42,013 nucleotides of DNA, taken from positions 1 through 42,013 of the forward strand of contig CAZIOF010000163.1 of NCBI GenBank assembly GCA_964540745.1, read 5' to 3'. Every line of letters starts with the position of its first letter. Within the stretch, counting starts at the first letter, position 1. Made by a program: the position numbers and the translations under genes. The notes beneath the pieces were generated by a model. That model saw only the letters and a list, made by a program, of their open reading frames with translations, made no database searches and was not told the DNA's origin. The DNA comes from an uncultured Candidatus Marinamargulisbacteria bacterium (lineage in GTDB: Bacteria > Margulisbacteria > Marinamargulisbacteria > JABIPA01). Shown one piece after another: positions 17,154 to 26,595 of the stretch.

Positions 17154-20100
17154 TCACCTTACCTCCACACATTCTGGCCAAAATGACGTCTTTGCAAAGG
17201 GATAGGTAGGCAATGATATACGACGCTTATCCCCATCTGGAAAACAAGACGACCAATCAACAGACTCACCACTAATCCATGCTTGACCTAACTGCGCTAA
17301 TGAGTCAAACATCTTTATAGGATCGCCAGAACGATCAGAATCTGAAACGTCTATACCTAAATGGTCTAAACTTACCGATGGTTTTAACGCCTGAATTTGG
17401 ACCAAAGAAGCCATTAAACTATCCAAGGAATCTGCCACAATAAACAGTCTCACCTGCATCCCCTGACGACCTCTTTGAAGCGTAAAACACACATCTTCTA
17501 AGGAAGGTTTATACATCTCTAAGAAACCATAACACCGCGTCACATACTGGACTAATTGTTCCCACGACATCGCAGATAAAATAAATAATTGAGACCCATC
17601 ACACGGGGTTGCAACATCATTAGAGATAAACTCCTCTAAAACAACACTTCCGTTTGTGCCCCCTGCACCAAAGGACATCACCGCACCCCTTCTAATAGGA
17701 TCTTTCCCTTCTTTTTGCCAAGGGGATAAGTCCGTCACAACCGATAAGTTTTGAGACAAATCAGAAATGAAGGAATGGGGTTCCGTCACACCAATAGTAG
17801 GTAAAAATTGTTTAAAATGAAGTTGTAAAACCATTTTGATAAAACTAATAATACCTGCAGCTGCTTCTAAATGGCCTACGTTAGGCTTAAGAGATCCTAT
17901 TTTAAGAGGCTCTCGCCTACCTTTCGAAAGAGAACTCAATGCCTTTAATTCAGACGTATCACCCAGATATGTTCCAGGCGCATGGCATTCTACATAATCT
18001 AAATTCGTAGGCAATAGCCCTGCACGATGTATAGCCTTCGTAATCACACGACACTGGTCCTGATCATTAGGCATTGTGTAGCCACGTCTATAACCCGTTC
18101 CAGAGATAGAAACCCCTTTAATAACGGCATAAATATGGTCCCCATCTTTCTTAGCTTGAGATAACGGTTTAATCAATACAGCCCCTACGCCTTCACCTGG
18201 TACAAACCCATCACCATGACTATTAAAACTATGACATTGTCCAGAGGGAGAGATCATATCATAACGATTAAGCACGTGATATTTCGTATCCTGAAGTGTT
18301 AAATTACAGCCCCCAACAATGGCTGAAGAGCAATCCCCCGCACGTATGGCTTTTACCGCCACATCTAAAGCTGAAAACGACGAACTACATAAACTATCTA
18401 CAGCAAAGCTAGGACCAGAAAAACAAAAATAATAGGATACGCGGTTAGCAATATGCCCCATCCCTGAACTCAAAGGCGTCGATCCTAAACCTACCCCTTT
18501 CCCCCAACGCTGATAATCAGAATAACTACTCCCTACAAACACGCCCACGCCTTCTTTAGAAACCTTATTCAATGCCATACTTGTATACCCAGCATCTTCC
18601 AAGGTCTCCCAAACACACTCTAAAAAAAGCCGTTCTTGAGGGTCCATAAATCTTGCTTCAGCCGGAGAATATTTAAATAAAGACGCATCAAATAAGTCTA
18701 CGCCTGATAAAAAAGCACCTTTTAGCCCTCTCTTATCACCAAACCAAGAGCGCCCCCAAGGCACCTCCGAAACAGCCGATTGTCCTTTTGATAAAAAATC
18801 CCAAAACGCATAAATCGATGGGCATTGAGGAAAGCGACCAGACATCCCAATAACAGCTAAATCACTTGATAGATGACCAGGAGAAACCGGTGTATTCACC
18901 ATATCATCTTGTACTAACCGACAATAAAGCTGCTTTATTATCTCTCTTTTTTGAATCAATCCTTCCAATTCTTGATGATTAACATCAGACAGCGACTCAA
19001 GGCTATAAGCGGATTGCTTAGCACTTAGTAAGCTCACCATACTCCCCAACTCTGTCAACATAAAGGAAGATGCGTGATCCCCATATTTAGACCGAATATA
19101 AGACGCATTGCTAGCAAAAATCAAATGACAGTCACCCACACACTGACCCTTGTCTTCAAAATCAAAAACCTCCCCACAATACAACAATAACTGTTGTCTC
19201 TGTTCTAAATAATAAAGGCCCTTCTTTAAATCTGACGATAACTCATGATGCATATAAAGATAAACTTTAATGGGATAACATGACCCCGCAGACGGATACT
19301 GAGCGCTATACTGGCCATTCACTTGGGTTAATAATAAAGGCTTAAGAAGCGTATATAAACGTGATCGTACAGCGTCTTTACCATAATGATTAAGCGCCAT
19401 TAGATCTACCACCCCTTGATAAGACGCCCACTTAAGCAATTGCCCTCTATCGACTTTCTGATTAGAAGTAAGAGGAAATGTATCCAAATAAATAAAATTA
19501 TTTGGAATCATATAGAGTGGGAGCCTATCCTTCAAATAATCCTTAAGCCGGTCCTGATCGATGGCATCCCTAGCCGTATAAAAACACACTAATGATTTCT
19601 CTGAATCCTTTGCCCCTTTTAAAACAACTATAGAGTGAACGCCCTCTGTATACTGATTCAGGTGATATTCAATATCCCCACACTCAATACGTAACCCATT
19701 TAACTTTACCTGATTATCTTTACGACCATGAATCCAAAAGAGTCCTGATTCGTCACAACTTACCAAATCACCTGTTTTATAAAACCGGCCAGAGTAGCCC
19801 AAAAATGATGACAAAATAAATTTATCATCAGTAAGCTGATCACGATTAACATAACCTTCGGAAACCCCTTTCCCACCAATATAAAGCTCCCCTATCTCAC
19901 CCTCATCACATAATCTCCCCTCCTCATTAACAACACATAGAATCTGATTAGAAAGAGGCTTACCATAAGGGATTGAAGACCAAGAAGAATCAACCACATT
20001 AATGGGATAGCAAACCGACCATATGGACGATTCTGTAGGCCCTCCCAAACTCACTATCTGCAAATCAGGATAATCACGACGTAATGTTAACGCCAACTCA

Positions 20101-23100
20101 ACAGGGATCCAATCACCACTTAATAAACATAGTCGCAATGTTGATAACCGACTCTTTCTCTTTACCTGTTTATGTAAAAGGGACATGAGAGACGGAACAC
20201 TGTTCCAAATCGTAATAGATTCCTGTTCAATAAGGTCAGCCCAATAATCAGAATTTAATCGTTGTAAATAGTCAGGAAAGACAAGTTTTCCACCAACACT
20301 TAAAATACCAAAAATATCAAAAATACTAAGATCAAAACCCAAGCTGGAGACATTTAGTACAGCATCCGTTTCAATGAGCTGAAATCGATACCGAATATCC
20401 TCCAATGTATTAATAATCGAACGATGTGTTAGCTTAACCCCCTTGGGCGCACCTGTAGACCCAGATGTCATGATGATATAAGCCAGGTCGGTATCACAAA
20501 TAGCTTCACTAAAGTTTTGATTATCAAACGTTATCCAATAGGACTCTAAAGAGACCTGAGGCTTAACAAAAATACACGTTGTAGAACTCTGTATATCTGG
20601 TTCAGATATCCCGTCAATCAAAACATCTAAGTTCAAATCACACGCTATAAAATCTTTTCTTCCATCAGGAAGCCGTGTATCTAAAGGAACAAAAACAGCG
20701 CCACATTTCATCACACCAATCAACAATGAAAGACACTCCCCACTATTAGGCAAGCAAATACCTACTCGAGAGTTCTTACAAACCCCTAAAGACACCAACC
20801 ACCGTGCACACTGATTACTGGCACACGCTAATTGAGTATAAGACAGGCGCTCATCCCCATAAACAACACCTATACGCTGAGGAAAAGTATCCACAGCTTT
20901 CGCAATATAATCCACTAGCGTCAATCCTGCCCCCCCCCTCTCTTCGTCAACCTCCTTAGACAGAGTAACTGGCCTCTTTTCGACATATTTAGAATCTAAC
21001 AACGGCATAGCCTTATTAAACACAAACGCTTCAAGCGTCTTAAGGTAGTGATCGTGAATATCTATTGCGAGCTTCTGGGAACAGTAGGAAGACTCTATAT
21101 CCCAATGAATAATAAGCTCATTATTAATAACCGAACAAAATTGGTCCCACTTAACATGAGGCGTCTGTGCCTTACACAATACAAATTCACTATTTGGCGG
21201 TAATTGAATATTAATATCTTCAGGTATCATCGAATAGACAAATGAAAAAGACGAGTTGTCTCCCTTTTGATAAGCCTTAAACTCCGACAACCTATCATAA
21301 GGAGCTAACGCCAATTCACCAGATAACCAACTATCTAGATCGGTAATCTGACGTTCAATGGAATCAGAAGCAGATCCATCAAAAGACAAGTAACTAAGCG
21401 TCGTAAATTCGCCAACCGCCTCTTTATAATTAAAATCAAACGGCTTTCGTGGCATTTTGACCACCACAACTGAAAACTGCTTATCTCTTACGTAGTGTTT
21501 AATAGTATGGCAAAGAAAAAACAAAAGAACACTATTCATGTGCCAAGATAACGACGTAACCTTTTTCTTCAATTCATCGTAAAACGAGCACCTCATTGAT
21601 AAACAATAACGCCCCTCATCAGAAGCATATTTAGATAAAAATTGTGGCTCCAAAGGATAAGTTTCAAAAGGAACAGGTTTGGGCGTTAATGTTGTTAATA
21701 GACTATGTCGATAGTGATTATATTTAGAATAATGTGGTTTTGGCTTTAGTCGAGCCCCTCCGTCCTGACCCAACATAGTAAAAAATGTCGCCACTAGAAA
21801 ATATGCTGATTGAGCATCAATAAAAAAGAAATCAAAACTAAAATGTAATGTTACGGCATCATTATCAAGTTTAGTAAGACGACATTCCCATAACTCATCT
21901 CGACTCAGATCCTTAACCGAATAAGCCATCTCCTGTCTAACAGACGCTAGGTGCGCCTCTATATCAGACAACGACCGAGACGAGAAATCATATATAACAG
22001 GAGAAGAAGGCGCTGATTCCTGTCGCTCAACTTGAAAATCTGAAGTCAATAATAGCCTTGAATCTTCAAACTCAGACATCAACAACATCCAAGTATCGGT
22101 TATAGTAGACGATGACACCGATCGTAATTTAAATTCAAGATATAATTGACAACTTTTTATATCTCCAGAAAAAGAAGCCTCTCTCCCAATTAAATATGAA
22201 TTTTGGACCTGACTCAACGAATAAACAGCTAAAGGTAGGCCCAAATTCTCTATCAACGAACAATAAGAATTAAACATCGTTAAGGCAATATCCTGATGAA
22301 TTTTAGAGACATCTACATCCCAAATAAGATGAACCTTTCCATCAATAGAAATCAACTGATGCTCTAATTGAACGCCCGCTGTTTTCACAAACGAAGAGTC
22401 CAAGTCAATCTGATAATGATCATAAGCAAAAATATCTTGCTCAACTTGACCCAAGAGACTCGAAAAAACAATTAATCCTCTATCACAGGATATATCCGAA
22501 TAATGCCGCATAATAGACGACGTAGAAACAGCGCCATAAGATAACACTTCAAATAATTGTTCCATAACGCGAGAGGCATTATCTAATAAATCCTCTGTTA
22601 AAGAATCAATGACTGGAAAAAATAAAGGTATCATAAAAAGCCCCAAAATATCGTTATCCTGGTCTTGCTGCAAAAATGGTATGACAACAGAAAAGTCCTT
22701 AACCAACGCCCAAGAAGAAAGTATTTGAATAAAGGCCGCTAAAAAGAATGCCGAAACTGTAATCCTTTTTTCCTTAGTGATCAATTGAATTTTCTCAACA
22801 TGATGGGCCGATAACTGATGGGTATATCGACCCATGGTTTGCTCAACCAACCCACTATCCTCTTCAGACAAAAAAACAGGTGGAATTAACTTATCCTGAA
22901 GTTTACCTTTCCTGTATTCAAGGTACTGTTCAACGCCCTTTTTTTCCTTATCTATAAGCGCCTCTATAGCGGTTTGATAACATCCTTTTTTCACATCACT
23001 AAGAGGCTGATTAGAAAACCACCGTCCAAATAAGGTATCAACAGATGTCAAATTAACAATGATTAAATCAAGAGCAACATGTATAATAAAATGATCAGAT

Positions 23101-25349
23101 TGTTCTGAAATTTGGATATCAAATAAGGGCCATTCTTGAGTCGAAAAATCTAAGGATCGATAATCCTCACGAATTGTTTCTAAATCCTTTGTAGTCATCA
23201 CAATTGAATAATGATAGGGCGCCTCTAATAATACGCGCTGGTTAGCCTCTTTATCAAAGACAACACGAAGAATAGCCTCACTAGCTACCAACTGATTCCA
23301 ACGTTCTTCTAAATCTACCGGCTCAATATCTGAGACAATAATCTCAAAATAGGCCATCGTTTTTCGCCCTGAAAGACGATGAAACATATAACTTTCCTGA
23401 AGAGCCGAAAGAGAAAAGAGCCCCTTCACATTCTGTTGTTTAACACTTGAGCTAGGACCTTCCCTTGGTATTTTAGGAATCCTCTTTATAAGATCCTTAA
23501 AGCAAGTATCCGTATCACATGATAAAAGAGACTGAAGCGATATCCTTATACCAAATAATCGCTCAAGTTCCGAAGCAAAGGCAACTAACTTCAGAGACGA
23601 CACCTCTAATGTCTGTTCAAAGTAATGATTATAAAGACTTTCTGGTGAAGAACACGCTACTTTCTCCTCACACACAGACTTAACTTCTAAGAGAGGCGTA
23701 ATAGCTAACAACTGTTGTCTACATTTAGAGCGTTGAATTTTTCCACTCGCTGTTTTAGGAATATCACCCTTCTGAACACATACAAATTCATCAATCGAAA
23801 TGCCTGCAACCTCTTCTATCGCTGAAAGGATATTGGCCCCTTTCTCTTTAAAAAACTGAAGATTCTTTTCCGAAGACGACATCTCCAATAAAATATATAA
23901 TCGCTCATTACCCAATTCATTATCCGAAAACGCAGCAATAAGCCCATGGTCAATCCCTTTAACTTGAGATAACACAAACGCCTCAATATCAGCAGGATAA
24001 TAATTCTTTCCATGCTTTATGATGAGCTCTTTCCGTCGCCCCGTAATATAAATATGATTATCTTTAACAAATCCTAAATCTCCTGAACGAAGATACGGGC
24101 CCTCATCTCCAATATAATTCATAAAAACATCTTGAGACGCTTCTTTTTGTTGCCAATATTGTGTTGCAAGTGAAGGCCCTTTAATCCACAATTCGCCTAT
24201 ATGATTAGGTTGACATCGTTGTTTTGTTTCTACATCCACAGAAAGAACCCGAGTATCTGATATGGCCACCCCACAAGACGAAATACGTTTACTCTTATGA
24301 TCAGGCTTAGTTCTAAATAAAAGTTTATTTTGTTTCAACCTAGACTTATCTAGTGTCAAAATAGGTGTATCCCCTTTCCCTTTAACCGTCATAATACTGG
24401 CTTCTGACATCCCATATACCGGAGTAAATACGTCTTTAGACACATTAAATAACGAGGGAAAGCGCTCAACAACACCTGGATTAATAATTTCGCCACCACA
24501 TAAGGCCTTGATTAAATGAGGTAAATCAACCTTTTTTTTAGGATTGTGTTCTAACCAAGAAAGACATCTCTCATACCCTGAATTTGAGCAAGCTGTATGA
24601 GACACCTTATATATATCTAAAACATCAATCCAATGTTCAGGGTTAACAAACCCAGATTTAGGCAACATAATAATGCACAAAGACCCCGAATATAGGGGAT
24701 ACAAAAAATTAAATAAAATCCCAAATCCATGGAACTGAGGAAGCCAAGACGCAGACACGGAATCGGTCGTATAAGTCAGTGAATGAACCAAGGCTTTAGC
24801 ATTATGCAATAACTGCTGATGCGTAATAGCAACCCCCTTTGGGTCACTCGTCGAACCCGATGTATAAATTAAAAAGGCAATCTCTTGCTTAGAAGCGTGT
24901 TGCACCTCCCTTTTTTCCGTTAATAATTCAAACGGACAAAGAACAGTCACCCCATTATCTTTGCTATCCAAAAATTGAGAAAGCGATACAGCGCCCTCTT
25001 TAGACGTCAAAACAGTTTGACTCCCAGAAGATCGAACAATAGTTTCTAATTGCCCATAGTCCTCTCCCTTAGGAAGGGGTACAGGAACAACAATAAGCCC
25101 ACATTTGAAACAAGCTAACGTGACCTCTATAAATGCTAGCGATTGAGGAAATAGCAGTATAACAGGTCCCTCTATACCAACAGAGGCTAACCTTGCACTA
25201 AGCCTATTAACCGACTGAAAAAGCTCCAAAAACGTTAAGTCGTGAACACCCTCGCATTGTTCCACCATTCTGAAGGCGACCTTATCCGGCTGGTTAGTAG
25301 AATGCCTAACTAAACTGTCATAAATATTAATCATGCTAAAACCAATCAC
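17154..25349 (-). CDS. Hybrid NRPS-PKS megasynthase: FAAL-ACP-Cy-Cy-A(Cys)-Ox-like-KS-linker
   Basis: 2731-aa uninterrupted ORF; domain motifs are listed in the sub-features. The GTG at 25349 is the longest start. ATG at 25334 (MINIYDSLVRH...) is the more typical FAAL N-terminus. The protein ends ~160 aa after the KS, with no AT, ACP or TE. Confidence 0.95.
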   Translation of the reverse strand: MIGFSMINIYDSLVRHSTNQPDKVAFRMVEQCEGVHDLTFLELFQSVNRLSARLASVGIEGPVILLFPQSLAFIEVTLACFKCGLIVVPVPLPKGEDYGQLETIVRSSGSQTVLTSKEGAVSLSQFLDSKDNGVTVLCPFELLTEKREVQHASKQEIAFLIYTSGSTSDPKGVAITHQQLLHNAKALVHSLTYTTDSVSASWLPQFHGFGILFNFLYPLYSGSLCIIMLPKSGFVNPEHWIDVLDIYKVSHTACSNSGYERCLSWLEHNPKKKVDLPHLIKALCGGEIINPGVVERFPSLFNVSKDVFTPVYGMSEASIMTVKGKGDTPILTLDKSRLKQNKLLFRTKPDHKSKRISSCGVAISDTRVLSVDVETKQRCQPNHIGELWIKGPSLATQYWQQKEASQDVFMNYIGDEGPYLRSGDLGFVKDNHIYITGRRKELIIKHGKNYYPADIEAFVLSQVKGIDHGLIAAFSDNELGNERLYILLEMSSSEKNLQFFKEKGANILSAIEEVAGISIDEFVCVQKGDIPKTASGKIQRSKCRQQLLAITPLLEVKSVCEEKVACSSPESLYNHYFEQTLEVSSLKLVAFASELERLFGIRISLQSLLSCDTDTCFKDLIKRIPKIPREGPSSSVKQQNVKGLFSLSALQESYMFHRLSGRKTMAYFEIIVSDIEPVDLEERWNQLVASEAILRVVFDKEANQRVLLEAPYHYSIVMTTKDLETIREDYRSLDFSTQEWPLFDIQISEQSDHFIIHVALDLIIVNLTSVDTLFGRWFSNQPLSDVKKGCYQTAIEALIDKEKKGVEQYLEYRKGKLQDKLIPPVFLSEEDSGLVEQTMGRYTHQLSAHHVEKIQLITKEKRITVSAFFLAAFIQILSSWALVKDFSVVIPFLQQDQDNDILGLFMIPLFFPVIDSLTEDLLDNASRVMEQLFEVLSYGAVSTSSIMRHYSDISCDRGLIVFSSLLGQVEQDIFAYDHYQIDLDSSFVKTAGVQLEHQLISIDGKVHLIWDVDVSKIHQDIALTMFNSYCSLIENLGLPLAVYSLSQVQNSYLIGREASFSGDIKSCQLYLEFKLRSVSSSTITDTWMLLMSEFEDSRLLLTSDFQVERQESAPSSPVIYDFSSRSLSDIEAHLASVRQEMAYSVKDLSRDELWECRLTKLDNDAVTLHFSFDFFFIDAQSAYFLVATFFTMLGQDGGARLKPKPHYSKYNHYRHSLLTTLTPKPVPFETYPLEPQFLSKYASDEGRYCLSMRCSFYDELKKKVTSLSWHMNSVLLFFLCHTIKHYVRDKQFSVVVVKMPRKPFDFNYKEAVGEFTTLSYLSFDGSASDSIERQITDLDSWLSGELALAPYDRLSEFKAYQKGDNSSFSFVYSMIPEDINIQLPPNSEFVLCKAQTPHVKWDQFCSVINNELIIHWDIESSYCSQKLAIDIHDHYLKTLEAFVFNKAMPLLDSKYVEKRPVTLSKEVDEERGGAGLTLVDYIAKAVDTFPQRIGVVYGDERLSYTQLACASNQCARWLVSLGVCKNSRVGICLPNSGECLSLLIGVMKCGAVFVPLDTRLPDGRKDFIACDLNLDVLIDGISEPDIQSSTTCIFVKPQVSLESYWITFDNQNFSEAICDTDLAYIIMTSGSTGAPKGVKLTHRSIINTLEDIRYRFQLIETDAVLNVSSLGFDLSIFDIFGILSVGGKLVFPDYLQRLNSDYWADLIEQESITIWNSVPSLMSLLHKQVKRKSRLSTLRLCLLSGDWIPVELALTLRRDYPDLQIVSLGGPTESSIWSVCYPINVVDSSWSSIPYGKPLSNQILCVVNEEGRLCDEGEIGELYIGGKGVSEGYVNRDQLTDDKFILSSFLGYSGRFYKTGDLVSCDESGLFWIHGRKDNQVKLNGLRIECGDIEYHLNQYTEGVHSIVVLKGAKDSEKSLVCFYTARDAIDQDRLKDYLKDRLPLYMIPNNFIYLDTFPLTSNQKVDRGQLLKWASYQGVVDLMALNHYGKDAVRSRLYTLLKPLLLTQVNGQYSAQYPSAGSCYPIKVYLYMHHELSSDLKKGLYYLEQRQQLLLYCGEVFDFEDKGQCVGDCHLIFASNASYIRSKYGDHASSFMLTELGSMVSLLSAKQSAYSLESLSDVNHQELEGLIQKREIIKQLYCRLVQDDMVNTPVSPGHLSSDLAVIGMSGRFPQCPSIYAFWDFLSKGQSAVSEVPWGRSWFGDKRGLKGAFLSGVDLFDASLFKYSPAEARFMDPQERLFLECVWETLEDAGYTSMALNKVSKEGVGVFVGSSYSDYQRWGKGVGLGSTPLSSGMGHIANRVSYYFCFSGPSFAVDSLCSSSFSALDVAVKAIRAGDCSSAIVGGCNLTLQDTKYHVLNRYDMISPSGQCHSFNSHGDGFVPGEGVGAVLIKPLSQAKKDGDHIYAVIKGVSISGTGYRRGYTMPNDQDQCRVITKAIHRAGLLPTNLDYVECHAPGTYLGDTSELKALSSLSKGRREPLKIGSLKPNVGHLEAAAGIISFIKMVLQLHFKQFLPTIGVTEPHSFISDLSQNLSVVTDLSPWQKEGKDPIRRGAVMSFGAGGTNGSVVLEEFISNDVATPCDGSQLFILSAMSWEQLVQYVTRCYGFLEMYKPSLEDVCFTLQRGRQGMQVRLFIVADSLDSLMASLVQIQALKPSVSLDHLGIDVSDSDRSGDPIKMFDSLAQLGQAWISGESVDWSSCFPDGDKRRISLPTYPFAKTSFWPECVEVR
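17640..18863 (-). other. Ketosynthase domain (approximate)
   Basis: DLAVIGMSGRFP, MDPQERLFLE, VDSLCSSSFSALD (Cys 18387-18389), ECHAPGTYLGDTSE, GSLKPNVGHLEAAAG, SFGAGGTNGSVVLEE. It is followed by a flanking linker ending in SLPTYPFAKTSFW. Confidence 0.9.
18915..19397 (-). other. SagB-type / nitroreductase-like Ox domain (approximate)
   Basis: QYPSAGSCYPIKVYLY (Tyr 19296-19298), KKGLYYLE, IRSKYGDHASSFMLTELGSMVSLLS. This matches the PSAGxxYPxExY ... GxYxY ... KYGxRxxRxxxxExG pattern of SagB/McbC-like dehydrogenases. Confidence 0.55.
19434..20924 (-). other. Adenylation domain, predicted Cys-specific (approximate)
   Basis: LAYIIMTSGSTGAPKGV (20439-20468), FDLSIFD, WNSVPS, LLSGDWIP, GGPTESSIWS, YKTGDL, GRKDNQVKLNGLRIE and NQKVDR (Lys 19455-19457). 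From memory, LSGDWIP and E(A/S)SIWS are hallmarks of Cys-activating A domains. Confidence 0.8.
20930..20938. repeat. C9/G9 homopolymer inside the NRPS ORF (Cy2-A linker, codons R-G-G-A)
   Basis: Read directly: ...tcctgCCCCCCCCCtctc...; the coding strand reads gag agg ggg ggg gca. Confidence 0.9.
20955..22232 (-). other. Heterocyclization (Cy) domain 2 (approximate)
   Basis: YSLSQVQNSYLIGRE start motif and canonical DFFFIDAQS (DxxxxDxxS) at 21807-21833. Confidence 0.8.
22245..23417 (-). other. Heterocyclization (Cy)-like domain 1, variant core motif (approximate)
   Basis: Cy-type N-terminal motif FSLSALQESYMFHRLSGR. The core motif is DLIIVNLTS (23043-23069), i.e. DxxxxNxxS instead of DxxxxDxxS. 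Confidence 0.65.
23454..23672 (-). other. ACP domain (approximate)
   Basis: FEQTLEVSSLKLVAFASELERLFG; Ser codons at 23595-23600, an atypical E-V-S-S-L attachment motif. Confidence 0.6.
23706..25334 (-). other. Fatty acyl-AMP ligase (FAAL) domain (approximate)
   Basis: FLIYTSGSTSDPKGVAITH, YGMSEA, GDLGFVKDNHIYITGRRKELIIKHGKNYYPADIE, TASGKIQR. Confidence 0.85.
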
Positions 25350-25554
25350 TTAACCAGGAGCACTTAAACACTACAATAAAACAAGGAATTACAGCTTTCG
25401 TTTATACATAATAATAAATAAACACTGAGAAAACCATGCTAAAGTTTTAACCCAAAATCCCCGTCACAACTAACCTCCTAAGCACTCTCTTTTTATAGCT
25501 AATAATACGTGTTATAGTAAATTCATCAACACATTTCATTCATATAGAAAAGCC

Positions 25555-26595
25555 TTGATCAATAAACACTATCTTTCTAAAAAAGTTCTGACAATATCGT
25601 CTCCTAACATTATTCTAATTATCCTATTTTTCAATCCCGTATTATGTATAGCCAGCCCTACTCCATCCCTATCTATTCAAAAGCAGTGTCCAATAGGATA
25701 CAAACTAATACAAAGTTGGCCTAAAGCTAATATCTTTATACTCAATAAAACAAAAACGTCGCCAAGAACACTCATATACACAACCAAACAAACGTTATTA
25801 AAAGCGGCACAATCGGTCCCCTCAGCAAACCAAATTCAACAAAAAAAAATCTTACAAGAGACCATCAACGATCTTGAGCAAACGACTCCCTCTCATTCTA
25901 TCCAGACCATAAAACAGTATCTAACCACACAACTAGAATTGCACAAAAAAAGACAACAAAACAAAAATAGACGCCTTTTATTTCAACAGCTAACAACCTC
26001 CGCTAACCGCCTCACAAAACCCATAAATAACCTGAAAAAAGAAGGGGTTCCCAAACGTCATTTAACCATTTTTCTTGAATACCCCTCACTCTTTCCCTAC
26101 ATACTAAAAAGTAGTAATGCCATGTGGGAAAGAACCAAATACCACTTTGGAAAAAATAATCTTGAACATGGCATTGAAAATGCAATTACCCATGCCTATT
26201 GGATGATATCTCTTGCAAAAAGCTTAGAAACGGTTTATTCATACCAGGAAATTTTGAAGATACTAGCTACACTATCTGAAATACACGAGCAATTCCCAGA
26301 AAACCCGCCCCTCATCAAAGCAATGGATATTCATAACAACTCAGTTGGAATAGCGTTATATAAAAAACACGCAACCGTTATCAAGCACTCTGTAACCCTC
26401 ACATGGCAGGAGACCCCCTTCAACTATCATTATAGCACCAGCGTCACATCGCCCTCGCTCGATTTCTTCTGGACAGAATGTCTCAAACAAAAAAAAGAAG
26501 CTACTATTATAACCACGCATAAAATACCTAAACAAAACCTCAACCGCCTGGTTTTTCTGTCACCGACAAGCCCATTGTCGCCCAAAAGGTTTTAA
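25555..26595 (+). CDS. Hypothetical secreted/membrane-anchored protein
   Basis: 346 aa with a TTG start. The N-terminus is hydrophobic (NIILIILFFNPVLCIAS). Conserved-looking motifs NAITHAYWMISLAK, IHEQFPE and MDIHNNSVGIALY are present, but I do not confidently recognise a family. Its stop overlaps the convergent rSAM stop by 4 nt. Confidence 0.55.
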   Translation: MINKHYLSKKVLTISSPNIILIILFFNPVLCIASPTPSLSIQKQCPIGYKLIQSWPKANIFILNKTKTSPRTLIYTTKQTLLKAAQSVPSANQIQQKKILQETINDLEQTTPSHSIQTIKQYLTTQLELHKKRQQNKNRRLLFQQLTTSANRLTKPINNLKKEGVPKRHLTIFLEYPSLFPYILKSSNAMWERTKYHFGKNNLEHGIENAITHAYWMISLAKSLETVYSYQEILKILATLSEIHEQFPENPPLIKAMDIHNNSVGIALYKKHATVIKHSVTLTWQETPFNYHYSTSVTSPSLDFFWTECLKQKKEATIITTHKIPKQNLNRLVFLSPTSPLSPKRF

